A stretch of DNA of 64,000 bases, taken from Chrysomallon squamiferum (lineage: Eukaryota; Animalia; Mollusca). The position numbers and the translations under genes are program-made. Location: contig CM022671.1 of NCBI GenBank assembly GCA_012295275.1, positions 24,490,001 to 24,554,000 of the forward strand, written 5' to 3'. The notes under the pieces were generated by a model that worked only from the letters and a program-made list of their open reading frames with translations, made no database searches and was not told the DNA's origin. Below are positions 37,540-47,392 of the stretch, piece after piece. The first letter of the stretch is position 1; the number at the start of each line of letters is the position of its first letter.

Positions 37540-40500
37540 TCATCTTTATTTATTAATTAGGAATATTGAAAAGATAGATGTGTGTTGTTACAATATAGAA
37601 ACCATTTTAAGCAAAAGTGCTAAAACTGGTTCAACATTTTGGTTTTTACACTATGAAGTAAAGTAAAAAGAAAATGTAAAAAATGTGGATATTTGTTATT
37701 TGTATTATTATAAATACAGTTAAAATAACCATCTGAGAACCAGTTTTAGAAACTTAAAATTTCAAAAGGAATAATTTAAAATATTTGTTACAAGTGCTCT
37801 TCCCCATCAAAACTTTCTAAGTGTTCTTGTACAGTTTGTAAATATTTTCCTCCACTGATTTATTCAGTAAGAAACAAAAAGGCTTTAAAACATTTTACTA
37901 AATAATTTGGTGTCCACTCTAGGTGCATAAAACCCAGATGGATATTAAGTGGTTTATTTAATATATAGCACACAAAATAGAAATAAAGTGTTACTTGTCT
38001 GTTCAAACAGCGGCCTTGCCTACAGGAACAATAATGTGTATACACAAAAATTAAGTTGCTCAGTGTTGATAACAGCATGTGATACTTTAGACGATATTTA
38101 AAAAACATAATAATGGTGTGACAGACATTTCAAAATGACTGAAAGATGGATCAAATAACTGACATGAATGTACTGTATAATGTGTGGGTTTTAAGATGTT
38201 GAACTGATCCCTGCAACGGATCATTCTTCAGGTTTACATTAATAAAAAATATATATATAAAAGATTGTGTAATCAGGTAAAAAGTACTACTTGTAAAACT
38301 GGTGAGTTCCAATTGGATTCCTGATAACACTGAACTTAGTATCATCTGGTTTTTGTTTTTGAATAAATAATGGTAACTGGTTTCAGGTGTGTGCATCAAC
38401 TTGCACAGTGTCGAGTTGAGTGTGTGTTGTACCTGTGTGTGTCAAATAAAATAATGTAGCTGGTTAATAAACTTGTAATAATTACAGTATTAAAAAAAAA
38501 CAAGTCGGGTTACATATATAGAATTGTACATGAACAGGTATATATAGTCTAAAATAAGTTGGGTTTTTTAAAATCACTTTTAATTACTTAACATTTTCAT
38601 TTATGTTGCAATTTTATACAGTTGAAAATGGTACAGAATAATGAATGGTATATAATGTTGAATATTGCCAATGCAGATTTTTTCATTATTGAAATCAAAA
38701 TCTATATATGTGCATGTATATATTTTTATGGTATTTACTCAAGATTTATTTATTTATTTAAAAAAATGTATTTAAAAAATTAAATATAAGTATCTGAATA
38801 TACGACTAACCATTACAAAACTTGTATTAATATTGTGTGTGTATATTTTACAGATGGAGGTGTGGGAGGAGGAGGAGGTGAGTTAACTATTTAATTATTT
38901 AATTTTGAAATACTTACTGATTAAAACAGTTTACAAATGTAGGCTTGTTTTGGGAGTCAGCCATATGATAAAATGTGTGGGTGGAAATGAGAGTAAAAAA
39001 AAAACTGCCACCTTGATTGCTTGATAAATTAGGAATACTCGTTAATAGCCTATTGTTACAAGTTGTCATAAAAAACTGAGACTGATAGTAACTCTTCTTG
39101 TTACAATAGCCATGTCTGTTTTTATAATTGCCAATTTGGAATGAAGCTAATTGTGAATTAAAACAGCCGTTTGATGAGCTTGGATATTGATTGACATTTG
39201 TTTACTAATTATAACACTGAGATTTGTTCAGAATTGAGTATACTTGTGTTGCTGAACTGTGATGTTACTGTTTATAAGGGAAAAAAGATTATTTTAATAC
39301 AATTGTTAGAATTGGCTTATGCAGGGATTGTTTTCTGAGCAGAGTATTTATAAATTGGTTCAACATCACTCCTCTGCAGCAGATTTAAACTGGACCTTGT
39401 ACTCAGAACATACAGCAAAACTCTTTGGAATAGTCACCTGTACTTTTTCAATAGTTTATTTGTATAGTGTTTCATTCATTATATTGATTAAAATTGGAGC
39501 ATTATAAGAGGAACTATAAAAAAATTTGGTACCAATATTTTTTCAATCATTCCAAATGCCAGGTAAGTGACTACTTCGTGTAATTTAAAAAAATAAAAAA
39601 TTATAAAATATATCATAGTTTGTGTTATGTTTTATTTATTGTCTAGTGGATTTACATAATAAAATATATGACATGATGTATTTTATTCTTATTTCATTCT
39701 GAAGGTTATTTATAGTAATGCCTTCTCTTTTTTTTTCTTTTTTCCAGAAATGTTAAAACAGTGTTATAAAATATGTTATAAAATTTGTAGGACGTGAGAT
39801 GGAGACCCAGCAGGACACAATTTTTGTGTCTGGCATGGGAGACCAGGTGGATGAAGATGCAGTAGTCACACACTTCGGCAGTATTGGAGTCATCAAGGTG
39901 AGAGGGGTTTTTTTGTGTGGTTTTTTTTCAAACTACTTTTGTCTAATTGTAAATACATTATTTAGAAAGATATTTTCTCACTATTGCAAAACCTTGTTTG
40001 CTGTGAACATTTTTAATAATAAGAGTCTTAGTTTACAATTTAGTATGATTACAAGACATTGCAGTTACAACATTCTAAGAATATCTCTTTATATATTCAC
40101 CAGATTTTGTTTTATTTTTATTTTTAGTCTGTAATTATATCTGAATTTGTAAAGTTAATGGTTACTGTCTTGATGTGATTTATCTAAGCAATTACTTTTG
40201 TTAGACTGACAAGAGATCTGGCAAGCCTAAAGTATGGATCTACAAAGACAAGATGACTGGAACACCTAAAGGGGAGGCAACTGTCACGTTTGATGATCCA
40301 GACACTGCAAAGGCTGCCATTGATTGGTTCAATGGTTTGTTCTTCATATTTTTGTGTAGTCATGCGTGTTCATGTGAATTAACAATTATTGGTTTCAGAC
40401 ATACTCACACACACACGAAAAATACAGAAGTGTTTGTGTGTGTTTGTGTGTTTGTGTGTTTTTGTTTTATATATGATGGTTAGTTACAAAAAATACTTTT

Positions 40501-42088
40501 GTGTATATATTTATCAGTGTTGTTACATATACATATTTTTCCAAGTGGTCTATTTAAAATTCTATAAAAGTATTATAATTATTTCAGGAAAGGACTTCAA
40601 AGGCAACACAATAAAAGTTGAACTTGCTCAGAGACCTGTCAGTCAGTTTGGAACAACTCGAGGAGGTAAATAAGAAGGCATTATATGGATATTTTTTTTA
40701 CTGAATCCTTGGTTTGTTTCATGATAAAATGAAAACAAAAAAAATTATAATCTTGCATATGAATGTTATTTTAATACACAGTGATCATCAAATTTCAAAA
40801 ATGTATTTCAGTTACCTTGTGTGTTCTAATAATATTTTTTTTTTTTTTTTTTTTTTCACTTTATTTTTATTTATTATTATACTTGTTTTGCAGGTGGCGG
40901 TGGTAGTGGTGGTGGTGGTGGTGGTGGACGAGGAGCTGGAGGAGGAAGAGGTAAGGGGAATAAAGTCTTAAATTAATAAAACGAGAATAAATATTAATAA
41001 AAATAGGCTGTAAATTTGATAAAATTGTGAGTTTAAAACTGATTTTCTTTTCCAGGTGGATATGGAGGTGGAGGTGGGGGTGGTGGCAGTCGAGGTGGTC
41101 GTGGTCGAGGTGGTGGCCAAGGTGGTGATAGGCAGCAAGGAGACTGGGACTGTCCCAACCCGTAAGTAAAATGTGACTTAATAATTTTTGGCTTCATTTT
41201 GGTAAATGTATTATTTCAACATCACATAAAGTTTTCATTATTAATTACTGTTTTTCATAGATGAATAAATGATGAAAATGGTGAATATCGTTTCTAAAAT
41301 ATTTTGTGATGAGAATCGTGATGAGAAGTTTGTTTCTAATTAGAATTTATCCTTTTCTAGTGATTGTAGTAACAACAACTTCGGATGGAGAAATGAATGT
41401 AATCTTTGCAATACACCAAAGCCAGACGGTCTGGATGATGGTAAGATGGGCGAAATATAATTATATCTATTTTATTACATTTAAGACTTTCTTGAAAAAA
41501 ATCTGTATAACAAAATTATTTCCAATTTAGTCAAATTCAGTATAAATAACCAATATAAATGCAGTCGAGAACTTGCAAAGTCTTGAAATGGAATGCTTCT
41601 ATTTATTATTTCTTTAAATGTCGTTTTATCAGTATGTTGTAATTAGATTTCAATATTTTTAGGTCGTGGTAGTGGAGGAGGAGGAGGAGGAGGTGGTGGT
41701 GGACGAGGCAGGGGTCGTGGTGGAGGTGGATACGACAGAGGTGGCCGCGGTGGATACGACAGAGGTGGCCGTGGTGGATTTGACAGAGGGAGTCGTGGTG
41801 GATTTGGTCGAGGAGGTGACAGAGGACGTGACCGGGGTGACAGGGGTGGAAGGTACATTGCTCTAAATTGGCTATAGAATGTGTCCATATATTTAAATGG
41901 TTATTTGTCTTAACTCCAAGATAAAATATTAATATAATATTTAAAATGTTTGAAATTTATAAAGATAAAGAAATTTGTTTACTGTTAAAACAGATATATA
42001 AATATTTTACTGAACTTTTATATCAGTTTTATTCCTCTTTACTTTCAGACAAATGGACCGAGGCGACAGAAGACCTAAGCCATATTAA
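24586..42088 (+). CDS. FUS: FET-family RNA-binding protein (FUS/EWSR1/TAF15 co-ortholog, cabeza-like), 553 aa with and 529 aa without the 72-nt exon
   Basis: Exons: 24586-24598 (MSDT, 13 nt), 26339-26378, 26748-26832, 27529-27652, 30307-30408, 30904-30975 (cassette?), 31782-31993, 32181-32295, 32563-32611, 37324-37361, 38854-38877, 39791-39897, 40205-40334, 40588-40665, 40894-40950, 41056-41161, 41361-41440, 41663-41852, 42049-42088 (TAA); total 1662 nt. Domains: QGSY-rich low-complexity N-terminus, RGG boxes, RRM ([40 protein letters not shown]), RanBP2 zinc finger ([24 protein letters not shown]), RGG3 and C-terminal PY-NLS (RGDRRPKPY*). The symbol denotes the family; it is equally related to EWSR1 and TAF15. 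Confidence 0.95.
34403..35255 (+). repeat. Dispersed ~70-bp direct duplication (34403-34480 and 35186-35255), each copy a hairpin
   Basis: AATAGC..TATGTCCTCAAAATTATTGTT(A/C)TGCTTGTGAACAA(T/C)ATTGATAA..CCATACACAGA is present in both copies. Confidence 0.85.
36445..36650 (+). mobile_element. Probable degenerate tRNA-derived SINE relic
   Basis: A-box-like AGCTCAGTGG (36451), B-box-like GGTTCAAAC (36494), then GTAAAAGATCCC (~36538), which resembles the Nin/Deu central-domain motif of metazoan SINEs (recalled, not searched). Confidence 0.4.
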
Positions 42089-42485
42089 ACAATGAAAAAT
42101 TGTACTACTTGCTATTACGTGTCTGTCTTCACTGTATTGTTTTATCATATTATTCATTTTAATGGTTATCATTTCACATTTTACATTTTTATTTGTGAAT
42201 CATCCCATCATGTTATGATTTCATTGCAGTTTGTAAGCATCATTAAAAAAATGTACAGACTGTAATTACTGACTTGCCTTGGTCCTTTTGTTTATTATTA
42301 GTGCATCTTTTTAGCATTTCAGCTGGAAAAAAAAAATACATTTTCATTTTCTCAAAAATGAGTGTGTTTTCATTTTTTGTTCTTGAAATATTACCAAATG
42401 AAAGTACTTTGATTAAAAATGTTATGTCAGAGTATTTGTTTAAAGCATAGTGAATAATTCATTTTAGTTCTGATGATATTAGTAA

Positions 42486-42501
42486 AATAAAAAATAATAA
42501 A
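42486..42501 (+). terminator. Tandem AATAAA polyadenylation signals of the FET gene
   Basis: Two AATAAA (~42486 and ~42496) about 400 nt after the stop codon. A further AATAAA lies at ~43011. Confidence 0.5.
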
Positions 42502-45307
42502 GTTGCTTGGAGCCAGCTCATGTTCTTTAATGGACAGTTCTGTCGGTGAGGGATCTTAAGAACCAGATTTAAGAATCGCATTTCTGTCACTCCCTAATCA
42601 GTCTACTCTTTCAGCCGTGAGCTCGTCTTGTTAGCTGTAACTTTTTTGGAGTTGAGAGAAATCATTCTTCAAATGCAAAGGGAATGCATAAAAATGTTTT
42701 AAAAAAGGTTTGTTAGTGTGGTACATGAAGTCCCTTCACAGCATTCATTTCAGTATTAACATAGTCAGTTTCATTTTTATAAAATGCCATTTTGAAAAAC
42801 TTGGCTTGACTAGTAGATTTAAGTGGAGCACTACTATTCAGCACATAGCATCCTACCAGAAATGTGCAATTTTCATATATCACATCACAATGTAAAAAGC
42901 AATTAGTGGGTGTCCAGTAATAATATATTGATCATATACGAGTGGCAATACTTTCTTCTTTGTAAAATTTTAGCCATTCAAAAGACTGGTGTATTATGTT
43001 TGTAAACTAAAATAAAACTATCATACTTGGATGAGTTTTCAAATCGGAATGGGGAAATAAGAACAGGACGATTTGGGGTAGGGAGGTAACCTTTCCATAT
43101 TCTTGCTAATGTTGATTTTAGATAAAACAGTTTTAATCACTAATAAACTGCCAGTAGTTAAACTGTGGTATCAGACAAGTTCGTGAATCTGTTACACTAC
43201 ATCAGTTACAAATGTGATGATTTCGTGGTTTTCTGAAAACAGAAGCTAGAACTATATTTTATACATTAAGAAAACTGACAAAGAATTGAAACGGGACCAA
43301 ACAAGCAGTCTTGCAAAATAAATATTTAATTTTTTTTTCCAATAATAAAAGAAAAAGAAAAGCATTGTGAGTGCTCGACTCTATAACACTATTTTGTTTC
43401 GCACACGTGCGCACACACACACACATATGAAAGTACATGTATATTATACATACACACATACAGTTATACATATGAAAGACTAAAAACAAAGATTAGCTGT
43501 ATCATCAGTTTCAATGGCATTTTATTCCTGTGGAACTGCTACTCTGTTTTATTTGGTGTTGCTTATGAAAAGAAATGAAAATTCATTCAGTGCACTCCTC
43601 GGAAGATTCCAGTGATTGGTTTTGTTTCGTAATCTCTTTATCAGTATTTTCTTCTAATGACTGCTTAAGTACAGGATGCAACTACAAAAGAAGGTGGATA
43701 ACTTGAACAACATGAAACTTAGAAGGGAATTTTGAATTTAATAATACGTTAGCACCTTAAGAATAGGTTTATTTGCATCAATGAAAAAAGGAAATAAAGG
43801 CTTTAATATATCCAAAAACATTATTATTATTATTTTTTAAGTCATCTTGGTAGTAATGAAAAACTATTTTACGTTCTTCACATATAATTATGTATATTAC
43901 TGCCACGAGCACTTATTTTTAACATGGCATGTACTTATTAAAATATTAAAATTATGAAACCTGAATATCCTTTGGGTTTGATGTCAGAGCTTCAATTTCT
44001 TCTTCCAGTTGGAAGGACTCGCTGAAGTATAAAAAAAAAAAAATTATAAAAATAAATAATATGAAATAATTGGGATTTAAAAACATTTGATATTGTTAAT
44101 GTAAAAGTAACTGGTCCAAATCAAATTATCACAAACTCTGAAGAAATTTGCCAGAACAAATGGTTTCAATTTCATAAATTAAATGTGTAAAGTTTTCATA
44201 TATGTTGTTGACTCAATATCGATAACATTTGAGCATGCTGCGTTTCACTTAAAAGAAATCTAATTTAGAGTATTCTATGGAAAACATTAGTAAAATTTTA
44301 AAACTAACTATAGGTAAGATTGTAGATAAAATACAAAGTGTACCCTTCTTCATGCTTCAGTGCTTTTTTCAGTATTGACATTTTTTCGTGAAGTTTTTCA
44401 TTCTTTTCTTTCAGTTTATCCTGGGAATAATAAAGAAAAGGGGAGGTGTGTAATATTTTTTAATATTAATAGTCTCTAAAGTATTGATAAAATGTTATAT
44501 ACATTTTTGAAAGAGACTGTTTTAAAATTATGCAAACAACATTTCAGTAAATTAACACAATACAAAAATATAAAATGACAGTAAGTGACAAGTTATGTTA
44601 AATATCTGACTCGTAACAGGATGTTGCTGTTTCAGCATCATTGAGATTATGTTCCTCATTCAAAAATTATGTGACAGCTTTTGATAAACCAGTAACAAAG
44701 CTATTGTATTTCCTATTTTTTTTAATGGCACTTAGTGACTCAGCTACATCATAACAGAAAGCATGTGATCTATACTGCATAGCATTTACAGCATAGAAAG
44801 AAGTGGGAGTTCAAAACATTGTAAGTAATTAACTAAGTTCATTAAACCAGTTTTCTTAAATATGATAAAATTAAATGTTTAACAGTCCCTCAGTACATAT
44901 TACAACTGATAATTATTAGATGCCGTTCACGTTTCTGGTAACATGATATGAAACAGGAAACTTGTTGCACTCACAAACCTGTTTTAGGCAATACTTTCTT
45001 ACAGAGAGGAACGCTTGTACCACAGGCATATATTATTGTGTATAGCAGATGTTGCTCTTGTTATATATTGATGTGTGTGTGTGAAAGCCATTCTGTGGCC
45101 TTCATTTTAACTAAATGATTTAACTGCTTTCAAGGTAATTTTTTTTCAATCAAAAATACATATCAAATATTTTCTGAACAATTTACACTAAAGAAGCACA
45201 GTAACGAAATTGTTCAATTAAAAAGAGAAACATATATTCTATTATTGTGTTATTAGTTTTATATTGTGTTATTAGTTTTATATTTTGTTATTTAACAGTA
45301 AAACATC

Positions 45308-47392
45308 ATGATCTGGCTGGGTTTTCTCTTGATTACAACATTAAGTGTAACAGATGCTTCCTTTTCCAATTGCCCAGCAGTGTGTCATTGTGAACAACAA
45401 GAAAGATCTGCTGTCTGTGGAAAGACAAAGCATGGTCTGACATATATTCCTACTGTGCCAGATTATGTGAAGAATTTTAAATTAGTGAATGGCAAGCTGC
45501 CAGTGATAAACAGAACTATGCTACTGGGGTTATCAAAACTGGGACTTCTTTCATTAACTCTGAACTCGGACAATATACAGCGGTTATCAGCAGACACATT
45601 CACGGACTTTCAAGAACTGGAAACACTTGATCTTAGTGGTAATAATATACACATTGATACATTAATGTCAGCATTTAAAATTCTGGGAAATCATTTAAAC
45701 CATGTTGTTCTCCACAGTATGAATATAAGTGATATACCACCCAATTTATTTCCAACAAACATTTCTTGTAATATCATCACAATTAATCTCAGTCATAACA
45801 GACTTAAAATATTCAATGAATCTCTGTTTGCTGTAATGTCAAATTTGCAAAACATAGATGTCAGTAATAATGAAATAAACTCTGTGATTGCTGGTCAAAC
45901 ATATATTTTCAGTATTACACATCTAAATATGGCGGATAACATGCTGGAGCATGTACCAGCATTCTGCTTACCTAATGGCAGCTCAAAATATCCACAACTA
46001 AAACAAATAAATCTTGACGGCAACAAAATTCAGACAATAAACAATCTTTCATTTGTCTGTCTTGACAAAATGAAAAGTGTCTCTTTAAATAATAATTTAA
46101 TAACAGTTCTTGCAAAAAATACTTTTAGCAGTCTGCCTCATTTATATAAACTACAACTGATGAGTCTAAAACTGAAAACAATTGAAGAGCTAGCTTTTAA
46201 ATCTAAGACCCTAAAAATACTATTTTTATCTTCTAATCACAGATTCGAAAGCAAAGTATTTACAGGAGATTTTCCTTTTAAATGGGCTCCTCAACTGTCA
46301 GTGTTAAATTTGCAAAGAACACGACTTTCAGACCTTCCTTTAACTTCATTACGTGCCATGTTACTGCAACTGAAATCCATCAGATACTTAAACCTCCAGA
46401 AGACTTGGCTTTATGAGCTTCCACTTGATACATTTGGACAGCTTCCACACCTGTCCAGATTGGACCTTCAGGGAAATTATTTACCTAGATGGGATGACAG
46501 AACATTCTCCAATATGACTCAACTGAAATATTTAAATCTTGATGGTTGCCGGATAAGTGTGATCAATGAAACATCATTTCCAGTAGAGGTGCGAACAAGC
46601 ATCAAAGAAATTAACTTAGGAAATAATCATTTCCTTTGCTCGTGTGACTTACTATGGTTTCGGACATGGATGAATGATGTCATCAAAAACAAAAGCATAA
46701 AATTTATCAACTATCCTCAAAAATATTTTTGTAAAAATCTCAACAGAATCCATCTGGATAAGTATAATCCCACATATTCATCTTGCCATAATTTGAGCCC
46801 CTATATCATAGCAAGTATAGGTGTTGGATGTTTTGCTGTTGTCATATTGGTAATTTTCACAGTTGTGTATCGTAACAGATGGAATATCCGCTACTGTATG
46901 TATTCCAGAAGACGACGCCATTATCAGCAGATACAACAAAGAGATGTTCAGATTAAATATGATGCCTTTGTCTCCTTTGATTCTTATGACTTGGACTGGA
47001 CAATGACAGAGGTTTGTTCATTTCTGGAGAATGAACTGCAACTCAAATTATGTATTCACAGGCGAGATTTTAAAGCTGCTAAATTGATCATTGACAACAT
47101 AATGGACTGCATGGAACAGAGTGAAAAAATTATTTTAATAATATCAAACCATTTTGCCAAGAGTGCCTGGTGCCAGTGTGAGGTCCAGCTTGCGCTGGAT
47201 GAACATTTCAAAAATCAAAAAGATGTCATTATTGTTGTCCGTGAAATGATAGAAAGAAAGCTAATGTTCAAATCTCTTAAAGCCTTGATGTCTTGCATCA
47301 CATACATTGAGTGGGAAGATGACAGCACAGCTAAAAAAGTTTTTATTCAGAGTTTGGCATCTGCAATGGGCTGTCAACTTAATAATGTTTAA
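45308..47392 (+). CDS. Toll-like receptor (single-cysteine-cluster type), 694 aa, intronless CDS
   Basis: Signal peptide, LRRNT (CPAVCHC), multiple LxxLxLxxN LRRs, LRRCT (NHFLCSCDLLWF..C..C), TM helix (YIIASIGVGCFAVVILVIFTVVY) and TIR domain (YDAFVSF..LCIHRRDF..S..FAKSAWC..E). An acceptor at ~45297 just before the ATG and a probable 5'UTR exon at ~45005-45134 (ttacag|..CAAG|gtaatt). Confidence 0.95.
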   Translation: MIWLGFLLITTLSVTDASFSNCPAVCHCEQQERSAVCGKTKHGLTYIPTVPDYVKNFKLVNGKLPVINRTMLLGLSKLGLLSLTLNSDNIQRLSADTFTDFQELETLDLSGNNIHIDTLMSAFKILGNHLNHVVLHSMNISDIPPNLFPTNISCNIITINLSHNRLKIFNESLFAVMSNLQNIDVSNNEINSVIAGQTYIFSITHLNMADNMLEHVPAFCLPNGSSKYPQLKQINLDGNKIQTINNLSFVCLDKMKSVSLNNNLITVLAKNTFSSLPHLYKLQLMSLKLKTIEELAFKSKTLKILFLSSNHRFESKVFTGDFPFKWAPQLSVLNLQRTRLSDLPLTSLRAMLLQLKSIRYLNLQKTWLYELPLDTFGQLPHLSRLDLQGNYLPRWDDRTFSNMTQLKYLNLDGCRISVINETSFPVEVRTSIKEINLGNNHFLCSCDLLWFRTWMNDVIKNKSIKFINYPQKYFCKNLNRIHLDKYNPTYSSCHNLSPYIIASIGVGCFAVVILVIFTVVYRNRWNIRYCMYSRRRRHYQQIQQRDVQIKYDAFVSFDSYDLDWTMTEVCSFLENELQLKLCIHRRDFKAAKLIIDNIMDCMEQSEKIILIISNHFAKSAWCQCEVQLALDEHFKNQKDVIIVVREMIERKLMFKSLKALMSCITYIEWEDDSTAKKVFIQSLASAMGCQLNNV

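Noticed and set aside
42586-42600. CCCTAA as a telomerase RNA template
   Set aside because: Only one repeat unit with no alignment region (about 1.5 repeats needed), and no pseudoknot or H/ACA context seen.
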